From an uncultured Candidatus Saccharibacteria bacterium (lineage in GTDB: Bacteria; Patescibacteriota; Minisyncoccia; Phycocordibacterales; UBA12445), in contig CAZYTH010000003.1 in the NCBI GenBank assembly GCA_964649715.1, forward strand, positions 4,713 to 68,712: a stretch of 64,000 nt of DNA, read 5' to 3'. Positions 1 through 9,938 of the stretch are shown piece by piece (position 1 is the stretch's first letter; every line of letters begins with the position of its first letter). Position numbers and translations under genes: made by a program. Below the pieces are notes generated by a model, which saw nothing but the letters and a program-made list of their open reading frames with translations, was not told the DNA's origin and did no database searches.

Positions 1-376
1 ATATTTCAGCTCTTAATAAAAAAAGATTGCCGAATCTAGAATCAAAAAAACTTTTAACAATATCTGTGTGTGTATTAAAAAGTATCATTCCTGCTATAAA
101 TTTAGATTCATTACCAAGATAAAGTGAATTAAAGAAACAGTTTAGCATTAAAAAAGAAACCAAAAAGGCAAAAAGAATAGCAAAAATTCCGACAATTATT
201 TCTACATCCGAAACATGCCCCAAAAAATAAGCAAACACAAAAATAGTTCCCAATAAAATAGAAAATATCTTTAACACAGAAACTATCTTTTTCCTTATGT
301 AAACAGGTAGATAACTCTCTAAAAATAAAATAGGATAAAAAGAAAGTCTTTTTAATAATTTTGCGATATCTTTCAT
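1..376 (-). CDS. 5' part of a membrane-anchored protein running off the window edge (possibly a CPR-type Clp-like AAA+ ATPase N-terminus)
   Basis: ATG at 376 overlaps the TGA of the upstream gene (ATGA). Frame MKDIAKLLKRLSFYPILF... is open to base 1 with two hydrophobic segments. Family guess from context only. Confidence 0.6.
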   Translation of the reverse strand, partial: MKDIAKLLKRLSFYPILFLESYLPVYIRKKIVSVLKIFSILLGTIFVFAYFLGHVSDVEIIVGIFAILFAFLVSFLMLNCFFNSLYLGNESKFIAGMILFNTHTDIVKSFFDSRFGNLFLLRAEI

Positions 377-753
377 TTATAAAAAATAAGATAAATACCG
401 GCACTAAATAAAGAAATAAGAATAACAGGGAGAAACAACCACAATAAAATAAATATAAAACCCAGAGCAAAACAGAATACAAAAGATACTAATCCGATAA
501 AAATTGTACTTATCCTAATACCAAAACCGACCACCCTCATTAACGTGTTGATTATAATAAAACCAGGATCAAAAAATTTTTTCTTTTCACCACCGAGCCT
601 TCTCCATGGATGAAACAAAGAAAATAATAAAATTTTTACAGAAAAATATTCCAGAACAAAAAATAGAAAATTTTTCCAAATAAAAAAAACGTCCAGTAAC
701 GCTTTCGTATAGTGCCAAATAAAATAATTTATAAGAAATGAAAACAATCCCAT
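373..753 (-). CDS. hypothetical membrane protein
   Basis: 126-aa hydrophobic ORF, translationally coupled to the next gene. Confidence 0.75.
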   Translation of the reverse strand: MGLFSFLINYFIWHYTKALLDVFFIWKNFLFFVLEYFSVKILLFSLFHPWRRLGGEKKKFFDPGFIIINTLMRVVGFGIRISTIFIGLVSFVFCFALGFIFILLWLFLPVILISLFSAGIYLIFYK

Positions 754-757
754 TAGT

Positions 758-1729
758 CTATTGTAACACGACAGATGATTGATTCAAATCTTTAGAAGCT
801 TCTCTGAATTTATAAAAAACCTTTTTTCCATAACGAAGATCTACATATTCAATAACACCTCCACTCTTTTTTAGATTATCTATAAATGTATCTGTTTTAA
901 AAGTAATACTCATATTCCTGAGGACACGAACAAGTCTAGATTCGAAATCACCCATATCCTCCTCGGACTTAAGTATACTATTTTGCGCGCTAGCCAAAGA
1001 ATCGTTCAAAACACCTTCTTTTCTCGTTGTAAATTTTATCACCCAATTATTTTTATCACTGTCGCTAATATACAAAGAAAAGTTATTCTCCGGAGTTACT
1101 TCAATGTGTGATATTTTATATTCCTTATTTATGTTTTCTCTTATTATCCCTTCTGCTTGAGAAATGAACATGGATATCTTTTTTAGCTTATCTCCATCCA
1201 TCATTCTTTTGCCTAGTTTGTTATCTTTTTTTAAAATAGAAACCGTATCCTCTCCAAAAATTTTCAATAGAGATGTTTCTTTTTCCTTAACAATATCAAA
1301 AGAAAAACCATTATAATCCAAATAAAAACACTCGGCATGCGGGCACCATACATAGGCTGGTTCCCTCTCCTTTATTATTAATGCTATTTTTTTTAATTCC
1401 AAAAAATTTATTGTTACGTCCTCCGCTCTTAGATATTCTGACAAGATCTTCTCTTTTATTTTGTTTTTCGGATAAATAAAAAGGTTGCTCTTTGGAAAAA
1501 GATAAAAATAGAAACCCGACATTTCCTCTGAAACTACCCCAAAAAGTTCTTTACTTCCCAAAACCTTATTACCTGATATTACGACCTTATCAATTATTAG
1601 ATTATCTTTTTGAAAAACATAGGCCGAATAAACAAATAATGATATTAGAGAAGCAAAAATAAGCGAAATAAATTCGAACGTCTTTTTTCGCTTCATCTTT
1701 TTTCTTGAATTTCTAACTATATCTTTCAA
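758..1729 (-). CDS. FtsQ/DivIB-like cell division protein (POTRA domain)
   Basis: N-terminal TM, 'IDKVVISGN' POTRA start, 'IKEREP', C-terminal 'EYVDLRYGKKVFYK'. Confidence 0.7.
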   Translation of the reverse strand: MKDIVRNSRKKMKRKKTFEFISLIFASLISLFVYSAYVFQKDNLIIDKVVISGNKVLGSKELFGVVSEEMSGFYFYLFPKSNLFIYPKNKIKEKILSEYLRAEDVTINFLELKKIALIIKEREPAYVWCPHAECFYLDYNGFSFDIVKEKETSLLKIFGEDTVSILKKDNKLGKRMMDGDKLKKISMFISQAEGIIRENINKEYKISHIEVTPENNFSLYISDSDKNNWVIKFTTRKEGVLNDSLASAQNSILKSEEDMGDFESRLVRVLRNMSITFKTDTFIDNLKKSGGVIEYVDLRYGKKVFYKFREASKDLNQSSVVLQ

Positions 1730-1825
1730 GTTATATTCTGCTTACAAACATATAATGATTACTGCTAATATTATAACACTTAAACCCCTTTTTAAATAAG
1801 GGGTTATATTTGTGATTTATTTTTT

Positions 1826-3094
1826 TTACTTTGAGATAATATCTTTTCCCCCCATATAGGGCCTCAATACCTCTGGTATTACAACGGAACCGTCTGCTTG
1901 TTGATAATTCTCTAATATAGAAATAAGAATTCTCGGTGTCGCTATGGCTGTATTATTCAAAGAGTGAGCAAATTTCAACTTTCCGTCATCGTCTTTGTAT
2001 TTAATGTTAAGTCTTCTTGTTTGAAAATCATGAAAATAAGAAGCTGAATGAGATTCCCTGTATTTACTATCCGAAGGAACCCAGACCTCAATATCGTATT
2101 TTTTTACCTGACCCTGTCCGAGATCACCTCCACAATTCACAACAACATGATAAGGGATTTTAAGATCCTGCAGAAGTTTCTCTGCATTATTAGTAATCTC
2201 TTCATGTATTTTTACCGAAGCCTCATGACTAGCCTCACACAGAACCACCTGCTCTATTTTCATAAACTCATGAACACGATATATCCCTTTTACATCCTTT
2301 CCATGACTACCTATTTCACGTCTGAAACAAGAAGAAAAAGAAACGAATTTTACAGGAAGTTGTTTTTTTTCCAAAACTTCATTCATATAATATCCCATAG
2401 TTGGAACTTCTGCTGTACCAGCAAGATACATTTCATCCTGAACCTTATATAAATCTTCTTCCCCATGCGGCAAATATCCTGTACCAAAAAAAGATTCTTT
2501 TTTTACAAGTGAGGGACAAAGCATTGGGATAAAACCCCTAGACATCATTTGATCTAAAACATATCTCCAAATAGCAAAACAAAGAGTTACTCCTTCATTT
2601 TTCAAAAAATAACCACGAAAACCGGCGACCTTTGTACCTTTCTCAAAATCAGCAAGATCCAAATCCTCCATAAGCTGAATGTGGTTCTTTGGTACAAAGT
2701 CAAATTTTGGTATCTCCCCCCATGTCTTTAATTCTTTATTTTCAGCGTCAGAAGATCCCTCCGGAACAGACATGTCGGGAATATTGGGAACTTGAAGCAT
2801 AAGTAATCTCCATTTTTTCATCACATCATTCATTCGCTCTTCTTTTTTCTGAAGTTCCTCTTTTAAATTCTTCATCTCAAAAATAAGATCATTTCTTGTC
2901 TGGAGGTCTTGAGCCCCACTAATCTTTGCATTCATTGAATTCTGCCTTGCGCGCATATCGTCAACTTCTTTTATGAGAAAAATTCTATCACCTTCTGCCT
3001 CCAAAAGTTCTTCTATTTTGAAATCTATGCGTTTCTTCCTCGCGGCCTCCTTTATGAGGTCCGAATTTTCTTTAATAAATTTAATATCTAACAT
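1826..3094 (-). CDS. serS: serine--tRNA ligase
   Basis: MLDIKFIKEN start; GTAEVP, FRREIGSHGKD, RVHEFMKIEQ and HSLNNTAIATPR motifs. Confidence 0.97.
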   Translation of the reverse strand: MLDIKFIKENSDLIKEAARKKRIDFKIEELLEAEGDRIFLIKEVDDMRARQNSMNAKISGAQDLQTRNDLIFEMKNLKEELQKKEERMNDVMKKWRLLMLQVPNIPDMSVPEGSSDAENKELKTWGEIPKFDFVPKNHIQLMEDLDLADFEKGTKVAGFRGYFLKNEGVTLCFAIWRYVLDQMMSRGFIPMLCPSLVKKESFFGTGYLPHGEEDLYKVQDEMYLAGTAEVPTMGYYMNEVLEKKQLPVKFVSFSSCFRREIGSHGKDVKGIYRVHEFMKIEQVVLCEASHEASVKIHEEITNNAEKLLQDLKIPYHVVVNCGGDLGQGQVKKYDIEVWVPSDSKYRESHSASYFHDFQTRRLNIKYKDDDGKLKFAHSLNNTAIATPRILISILENYQQADGSVVIPEVLRPYMGGKDIISK

Positions 3095-3142
3095 AAAAAG
3101 AATATTAACAAAAAATACCAAAAAATGGTAGTATCTCTCTCA

Positions 3143-4015
3143 ATGACAAAATTAAGAAAATTAAAGTCGGAGGAAATACCCAAAAGGATACTTGAAATAC
3201 CACAACCACCGAAACAGCTATATATTGAAGGAACAATACCAGATGAAGATGAATATTTATTTTTGGCAGTTGTTGGTTCACGAAAATTTTCAACTTATGG
3301 AAAAGAAGCTTGTGAAAAAATAATCTCAGAATTGTCGGGTCAAAATATCGTAATAGTTTCCGGGCTTGCATACGGGATAGATACTTTCGCCCACAAAAGT
3401 GCAATCAAGTATGGTTTAAAAACAGTGGCATTCCCTGGGTCGGGTCTCTCCAGAAAAGTTCTTTATCCTTCAATGAACAGAAAATTAGCAGAAGAAATAT
3501 TAGTGCAAAAAGGGGCCCTAGTTTCTGAATTTGAACCGGAACAGCCTGCTACAACCTACACTTTTCCACAAAGAAACAGAATAATGGCAGGTATATCAAA
3601 TGCTGTCCTTGTGGTAGAGGCAATGGAAAAATCAGGAACCTTGATAACCGCAAGATTGGCCACAGATTACAACCGCGAACTTTTGGTTGTTCCTGGCTCT
3701 ATCTTCTCTCCAAACTCGGCGGGTTCAAACAAACTTATTAATCAAGGGGCCACTCCTGTGTCCTCTGGCGAAGATGTTTTAAGACAACTTGGAATAGATA
3801 TAGATAGAAAACAGAAAGAATTGAATCTAGATAATCCCGAATTCTCAAAAATCGAAAAAATGATTCTAGGGTTTTTGTCTGTGGAACCACTATTAAGAGA
3901 TGAACTTATAAAAAAAACGGGGCTCACCATAAGCGAAGCGAACACAACACTTTCAATTATGGAAATAAAGGGTCTTATCAAAGAATCTATGGGACAAATA
4001 AGAATGGATTTTTAA
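3143..4015 (+). CDS. dprA: DNA-processing protein DprA
   Basis: AVVGSR, VSGLAYGID, FPQRNRI and SGTLITA motifs; upstream of topA; alternative start at 3125. Confidence 0.95.
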   Translation: MTKLRKLKSEEIPKRILEIPQPPKQLYIEGTIPDEDEYLFLAVVGSRKFSTYGKEACEKIISELSGQNIVIVSGLAYGIDTFAHKSAIKYGLKTVAFPGSGLSRKVLYPSMNRKLAEEILVQKGALVSEFEPEQPATTYTFPQRNRIMAGISNAVLVVEAMEKSGTLITARLATDYNRELLVVPGSIFSPNSAGSNKLINQGATPVSSGEDVLRQLGIDIDRKQKELNLDNPEFSKIEKMILGFLSVEPLLRDELIKKTGLTISEANTTLSIMEIKGLIKESMGQIRMDF

Positions 4016-4170
4016 TTATTTTGAATACAATTTTCCCCACACCTCCCATGATTCAATATTTAATATATGGATAGTAAATAGGACTTGAAAAAGTAAACAT
4101 AAATGTTAGTCTTTGCTTTGTCTTTGCTCTTTAAAAATAGACATTTTAAACAGACAAAAGGAGAACACTA

Positions 4171-4509
4171 TTGAGAACATGGCATTCTTTGATCATCTTC
4201 CTTTTTTTCTTTAACCTAATAGCACAAACATCTTTTGCTCAAGAAAATATCTTCCAAGGGAGAATATTTACAAACTCTTTTAAACCAATTAAAAAATACG
4301 AAAGTGACTTTCAAAAAGCCACAAAAGAAAATCCTAAAATATTTGTAAATTTCTTAAACAAACTTTTTAAAAATTTTACAATGAAAGAGAAATTAAGGTT
4401 TTTTTTACTGATCGAAGAAGATCTTGTAACGAACAAAGTCGACCCAAAAGATATTTACAAAATAATAGATCTTGCTCTGGGCCCAAAAACAAAAAAGAAG
4501 AAAGAATAA
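4171..4509 (+). CDS. hypothetical secreted protein
   Basis: AAGGAG SD before TTG, signal peptide ending SFA, downstream hairpin. Confidence 0.65.
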   Translation: MRTWHSLIIFLFFFNLIAQTSFAQENIFQGRIFTNSFKPIKKYESDFQKATKENPKIFVNFLNKLFKNFTMKEKLRFFLLIEEDLVTNKVDPKDIYKIIDLALGPKTKKKKE

Positions 4510-4561
4510 ATAACGAAATCAACACGTCTGTATAAGAATGAAGAATTTATAGAAACATTCA

Positions 4562-4590
4562 AGCAGGGCGGACTTCGGTCTGCTCTTTTT
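4562..4590 (+). terminator. intrinsic terminator
   Basis: GC-rich hairpin around a CTTCGG loop followed by a T run. Confidence 0.55.
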
Positions 4591-4674
4591 AAATTCACAA
4601 AAAACCAAATTTGACTTTTTTGTCAAAAACACATTACTATACTCCAATAACTCTTTGTTTAATTTTTACACTAA

Positions 4675-6840
4675 ATGAAACTTTTAATAGTTGAGTCTCC
4701 GGCAAAAGCAAAAACAATCTCAAAGTATTTGAACAATGAATATAACGTAAAAGCTTCTGTCGGACACATCAGGGATTTACCGAAAAGCAATAAAGATGCC
4801 ATCGACATAGAGGGTGGATTTATCCCCCGCTATGAAATCTCTAAGGGAAAAGAAAAAGTTGTCTCGGAACTTAAAAGTCTATCAAAAAAAGCAGAAGAAA
4901 TACTTCTAGCGCCAGACCCCGATCGAGAAGGAGAAGCCATAGCTTGGCACATAAGCGAAGCTCTTAATTTGAAGAATCCCAAAAGAGTAACTTTCAACGA
5001 AATAACAGAAGAAGCTGTCAAAGAAGCTGTCAAACATCCCCGAAAGATAGATGACAATCTAAAGAAAGCCCAAGAAGCACGACGAGTTTTAGACAGAATT
5101 GTGGGGTACGATTTATCTGGGCTTATCTGGAAAAAAGTTCGCTATGGTTTATCCGCCGGACGTGTTCAGTCCCCCGCCCTTCGTATAATAATGGAGAAAG
5201 AACGCGAAATAAGGGCTTTTATCCCAGAAAATTACTGGGTCATCGAAGCCGACACAAAGACTGCAAAAAACGAACGAGCAACTTTCAAATATTCCGAAGA
5301 GCCCAAGACAGAAGAAGAAGCGGATCTGGTAGTAAAAGCGACCGAGGGTTCTGATTTAACGATCATCAACATCGAAGAAAGCAATTATGCAAGAAAACCC
5401 CGCGCGCCTTTTTCAACATCCACCCTTCAACAATCAGCGAGTTCGCAACTTGGCTTCTCTCCTTCTCGCACAATGAAGATCGCACAAAAACTCTACGAAG
5501 CGGGGCATATTACATACATGAGGACCGATAGCACGAACCTAAGCGATTATGCGATCGCCGGAATAAAGAATGCCATACTAAAAGAATACGGCGACAAATT
5601 CTGGAGTCCAAAAGAATATAAGACTAAAGTAAAGAATGCCCAGGAAGCTCACGAAGCTGTAAGACCTTCAAAATTTGAAAATAAAACAATAATGGGATCG
5701 GAAGAAGAAAAAGATCTCTATGAACTCATTTGGAAAAGGACGGTTGCAAGCCAAATGCCGGATGCTCTATTCATAAAAACAAGAATAATGGCCGAAACAG
5801 AAGATAAGACCATAAAACCATACCAAGTAAACGGCTCACGACTCACATCTCCCGGATGGCTTCTTTGTGACCTCGGTGCTAAGGGAGATGATATTATCTT
5901 ACCTGAGATTAAAAAAGGAGAAAAATTAAAAGTGACCGCAGTAAATTCCGAAGGAAAACAAACCGAACCACCAGGAAGATACTCCGAGGCTGGACTAGTA
6001 AAAGAACTTGAAAAAAGAGGAATTGGACGCCCGAGTACCTATGCTTCTATCATTCAAACCTTGATTTCAAGGGGCTATGTCGAAAAAGAAAATAAATCAC
6101 TCAAACCTACCGATACAGGAGAAGTTGTGAATAATTTCCTCGAAGAACATTTCAGTGGAATAATAAGCGATACATTCACAGCACAAATGGAGGAAGACCT
6201 CGATGACATTGCGAACGGAACAAAAGATTACGAGAAAACCCTGCGAACTTTTTACACGCCCTTTCAAAAGGAAATTAAATCCAAAGATAAAGTCGCAAAA
6301 GTTACCACACTCGGTGAAGCTCCAAAAGATATTAAATGCCCCACATGTGCGGGCAGAATGGTGATAAAACTTGGAAGATCGGGAAAATTCTTGAGCTGTG
6401 AAAAATTTCCTGAATGCGAAGGCGCAAGGACGATGGAAGGCGAAGCGATGGAAGGACCAAAAGAAACCGGCGAAGTTTGTCCCGAATGTAAAGACGGAAA
6501 ACTTGTCGAAAGACATGGAAAATTCGGCACCTTTATCGCCTGTTCAAAATATCCTAAATGTAAATATATAAAAAAAGAGGACGCTGAAGGAAAACCGCTA
6601 AATACGACAGGTGTAAAATGCCCCGAGTGCAAGAACGGCGAACTTGCGGAAAGGCGCGGAAGATTTGGAGTATTTTACAGTTGTACAAATTATCCTAAAT
6701 GCAAATTTGCAATCAAAGCGAAGCCGACTGGCCGAGTCTGCGATAAATGCGGAAGCTTGATGATGGAAGGCACAAAGACGATCCCAGAGAGGTGCTCAAA
6801 TAAGGTTTGCGAGAACCATCGTCCTAAAATTACGAATTAG
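4675..6840 (+). CDS. topA: DNA topoisomerase I
   Basis: LLIVESPAKAKTI, DPDREGEAIAWH, SAGRVQS, ITYMRTDS; C-terminal zinc ribbons. Confidence 0.98.
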   Translation: MKLLIVESPAKAKTISKYLNNEYNVKASVGHIRDLPKSNKDAIDIEGGFIPRYEISKGKEKVVSELKSLSKKAEEILLAPDPDREGEAIAWHISEALNLKNPKRVTFNEITEEAVKEAVKHPRKIDDNLKKAQEARRVLDRIVGYDLSGLIWKKVRYGLSAGRVQSPALRIIMEKEREIRAFIPENYWVIEADTKTAKNERATFKYSEEPKTEEEADLVVKATEGSDLTIINIEESNYARKPRAPFSTSTLQQSASSQLGFSPSRTMKIAQKLYEAGHITYMRTDSTNLSDYAIAGIKNAILKEYGDKFWSPKEYKTKVKNAQEAHEAVRPSKFENKTIMGSEEEKDLYELIWKRTVASQMPDALFIKTRIMAETEDKTIKPYQVNGSRLTSPGWLLCDLGAKGDDIILPEIKKGEKLKVTAVNSEGKQTEPPGRYSEAGLVKELEKRGIGRPSTYASIIQTLISRGYVEKENKSLKPTDTGEVVNNFLEEHFSGIISDTFTAQMEEDLDDIANGTKDYEKTLRTFYTPFQKEIKSKDKVAKVTTLGEAPKDIKCPTCAGRMVIKLGRSGKFLSCEKFPECEGARTMEGEAMEGPKETGEVCPECKDGKLVERHGKFGTFIACSKYPKCKYIKKEDAEGKPLNTTGVKCPECKNGELAERRGRFGVFYSCTNYPKCKFAIKAKPTGRVCDKCGSLMMEGTKTIPERCSNKVCENHRPKITN

Positions 6841-6866
6841 TAATTACGAATTTTCAACTCTTTTTT

Positions 6867-7061
6867 GCCTGCCCCGTAGCGAGCTATGCTCTGCTACTGG
6901 GGTCATTCCCGACCTGATCGGGAATCCATGGCTGTGAAAAAACATGGATCCCGGATCGGGGTCCGGGATGACAAGAGAGAGATGCTTCCCGTCATTGCGA
7001 GAAAAGCAAAGCTATCCAGTGTTTGAGTTTGTATGTCATTCCGAGCTTGACCCGGAATCCA
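6867..7061. repeat. cluster of short palindromic elements (GTCATTCC...GGAATCCA family)
   Basis: GTCATTCCCGACCTGATCGGGAATCCA 6902-6928; inverted partner TGGATCCCGGATCGGGGTCCGGGATGAC 6945-6972; GTCATTGCGAG at 6991; GTCATTCCGAGCTTGACCCGGAATCCA 7035-7061. Confidence 0.8.
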
Positions 7062-7062
7062 A

Positions 7063-7118
7063 TTTTTTATTCACTATAGTATTATTCCAATTGGAATAAT
7101 ACTATAGTGAATAAAAAA
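7063..7118. repeat. perfect 56-bp palindrome
   Basis: TTTTTTATTCACTATAGTATTATTCCAA|TTGGAATAATACTATAGTGAATAAAAAA, 28-bp arms, no spacer. Confidence 0.95.
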
Positions 7119-7127
7119 ATAGAACGA

Positions 7128-7153
7128 AAAAAGCGGGGAATATCCCGCTTTTT
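7128..7153. terminator. bidirectional intrinsic terminator
   Basis: AAAAAGCGGG...CCCGCTTTTT between convergent genes. Confidence 0.7.
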
Positions 7154-7165
7154 AAACTTAACAAA

Positions 7166-7753
7166 TTATCTTTGCGATGAGTTAATCCCGCTCTCAAATT
7201 GTTTGATGATTTGATCATAATTACCACAGATGCTGATTTCAAACAAATAACGAGCCAAGAAATAATTCTCCCTTCCTGTAAACCCTTTTAACGCGAGGTC
7301 CTTAAAAGCCACCGGACACACTTTTTCAAGCTCGCCATAAGACAAACCCCTGAACAGATAAATCAACTTTTCAATATACCTTCCCGGATACTTCCTGATT
7401 GTTTGACGGAAGGAATCGTTGGAAAAAATTTTATCGGCACGCGTAACCCAGAAATAATAATACATTTTTCCGGATTCGCCCTGCGTAGAACACTGGTATC
7501 CCAAACAATAACGACTATCCTTCTTTCCGTATTCATCAGAAGAAATCGGATCGTCGGATGTTTTTCCTTTCATCAATTCAATTCCCGCTAGTAGTTTGGC
7601 ACGAAATTCTTCGTAGAAATATTCATTGAGCACGTGAATTGTGGCAACGACAATATTTTTTTCTTTCAGTCTCTCATACGCCGGGCCGGCATTTGCTGGC
7701 AAAAGCGAGAACAAAAAGAAAAGAACAAGCGAGAGACCAAGAACCTTTTTCAT
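7166..7753 (-). CDS. hypothetical secreted protein
   Basis: GGAGG SD, signal peptide (..LLPANA), 195 aa. Confidence 0.75.
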   Translation of the reverse strand: MKKVLGLSLVLFFLFSLLPANAGPAYERLKEKNIVVATIHVLNEYFYEEFRAKLLAGIELMKGKTSDDPISSDEYGKKDSRYCLGYQCSTQGESGKMYYYFWVTRADKIFSNDSFRQTIRKYPGRYIEKLIYLFRGLSYGELEKVCPVAFKDLALKGFTGRENYFLARYLFEISICGNYDQIIKQFESGINSSQR

Positions 7754-7764
7754 GGATTACCTCC

Positions 7765-8209
7765 CTATTTTGCTTCCTCGGAGACATCCGAGCCATTATC
7801 TGATCCGCTGGAAATTTCTTTTATTACCAGATCAACAATCTGTGGCCCATAAACAATGTCGCCATCCTCATTAAACCTCACCAATTTCATTGCCTCGCGA
7901 ATATTGACCGAACCTCTTTTCTTGTTGAGCGTATAAACGAAAAGCGGACCGGACGGAGACTCTTCAACGAAGAAATTAAAGAAAACAGGCTTCATCGAAG
8001 TCAGACATGCTCGCATGAATTGCTGATGAAAAAGATATTTAAGAAATGATATGAACATATCCTCTTTTGTGAGTGGCTTTTTTGATTCCTCATTATTTCC
8101 TTTTTCAATTTCTTTACTCTTTTGCCAACCGAAACGGAATAAAGTGATGACACCAACAGATGACACCAACAAGAATGAGAGCAAGCAACACCACCAAAAA
8201 CCACATCAT
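7765..8209 (-). pseudogene. membrane-anchored hypothetical protein frameshifted by a 13-bp tandem duplication
   Basis: GGAGG plus ATG at 8209. GATGACACCAACA occurs twice at 8146-8171. Removing one copy gives a 143-aa ORF MMWFLVVLLALILVGVITLFRFGWQKSKEIE... Confidence 0.75.
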
Positions 8210-8416
8210 AACCACCTCCATTTATGATTTTATCAAAGTCCTGAACCGCCATTCATCCTAACAGAAAAACGCAAAAAGTAAAACAAAAAAGATTCATGAT
8301 TTAGGATATCTCTTAAAAATGTGTTTAATTTTTATTCATAGACAATGAATCGTGAATCATAAATCGTCTTACTCCCTCTTGTCACCATTCATCAATAAAA
8401 GTATTATAATAATCAT

Positions 8417-9934
8417 ATGGTAGCAGAAAAAAATACGGAAAATAACATATGTATCGATTGCTCAAAAGATGTACAAGAAATTTTGACATTAATGACAAGA
8501 CCCACAAAAGAGGATGAGGCTTTAATTCAAAAATCTTACGATTTCGCAAAAGAGGCACATAAAACACACAAAAGACTTTCTGGAGAGCCTTATTTAGTTC
8601 ATCTTGTTAGTACGGCAAAAAATTTAGCAAATATAAAAGCTGATGCTCAAACCGTAGCAGCAGGACTTCTTCATGATGTTCTTGAGGATACTGATACGGC
8701 AAGAGAAACCATACTAAAAAATTTCGGCGAAGACATCCTTTTTATGATAGAAGGCGTAACAAAACTAGGAAAAATAAAATACCACGGCCTAGAGAGACAT
8801 GCCGAAAGCTTAAGAAAGCTTTTTATAGCAACAGCCAAAGATGTTCGAGTTCTTTTAATAAAACTTGCTGATAGATTAAACAATGCAGATACTTTAGAAA
8901 ATTTATTTCAAGTTCGTCCAGACAAAGCAAAAAGAATTGCTGTTGAAACCCTTGAAATATATGCTCCAATTGCTAATAGACTTGGGATGGGACAAATAAA
9001 AGGAAAACTTGAGGATGACGCTTTCCCTTATATACAGCCCGAAGAATATAAGCAAACATTAAAACTTAGACAGACAAAAGCAAAAGAATTCTCCAAGAGA
9101 CTTGAAAAAATAAGCAGGGATCTTGCAAAAAGACTTGTAAAATCTGGAATTGTTAAATTTAAAACAGATTTCAGAGTAAAGCACATCTATAGTCTTTTTA
9201 AAAAACTAGAACGATATAATATGGACATAGATAAAATATATGACATTCTTGCTCTGCGTGTAATCGTTCCTTCAACAGAAGATTGTTATCGTGTTCTCGG
9301 TATTGTTCATAGCACATGGAGACCTCTCCCAGAAAAACTAAAAGATTATATTGCCGTTCCCAAACCAAACGGATATCAAAGTATTCACACTGTTATTTTT
9401 ACCGGAGATGGTGGTATCGTTGAAATACAGATAAGAAGTGAAGTAATGCACGAAGAAGCTGAGTTTGGTATCGCCTCACACCTTTTGTATGACGAACAGG
9501 GCAAACCAAAGAGTGGTGGAAATATAAATAAAGCCGACAAAAGAATACGCTGGATAGACCAACTTATTGAATGGCAAAAGAATATTCATGAATCAGGAAA
9601 TTTTATGGAAAACCTAAAAACTGATTTCTTCAAAAACCAAATCTTTGTTTTTACACCAAAGGGCGATGTTGTTGAGCTCCCTGAAGGATCTGGCCCGATA
9701 GATTTTGCCTACATGATTCATACAGATATTGGAAACCATGCTTTTGGTGCTAAGATAAACGGAAAATTTTCTGCTTTTGATACCACACTCAAAAATAGTG
9801 ATATTGTTGAAATACTCACAAAAGAAAATAGCAAGCCAAGTCAAAAATGGTTTGAATATGCCAAAACTTCTGAAGCAAAAAAAAGAATAAGGATTGCTTT
9901 ATGCAAAAGTGAACCCAAAAACACTAAAAAATAA
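8417..9934 (+). CDS. rel: RelA/SpoT family (p)ppGpp synthetase/hydrolase (HD, synthetase, TGS; C-terminally short)
   Basis: RLSGEPYLVH, LLHDVLED, PKPNGYQSIHT, EIQIR and FVFTPKG...DFAY motifs. Confidence 0.93.
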   Translation: MVAEKNTENNICIDCSKDVQEILTLMTRPTKEDEALIQKSYDFAKEAHKTHKRLSGEPYLVHLVSTAKNLANIKADAQTVAAGLLHDVLEDTDTARETILKNFGEDILFMIEGVTKLGKIKYHGLERHAESLRKLFIATAKDVRVLLIKLADRLNNADTLENLFQVRPDKAKRIAVETLEIYAPIANRLGMGQIKGKLEDDAFPYIQPEEYKQTLKLRQTKAKEFSKRLEKISRDLAKRLVKSGIVKFKTDFRVKHIYSLFKKLERYNMDIDKIYDILALRVIVPSTEDCYRVLGIVHSTWRPLPEKLKDYIAVPKPNGYQSIHTVIFTGDGGIVEIQIRSEVMHEEAEFGIASHLLYDEQGKPKSGGNINKADKRIRWIDQLIEWQKNIHESGNFMENLKTDFFKNQIFVFTPKGDVVELPEGSGPIDFAYMIHTDIGNHAFGAKINGKFSAFDTTLKNSDIVEILTKENSKPSQKWFEYAKTSEAKKRIRIALCKSEPKNTKK

Positions 9935-9938
9935 TTTT

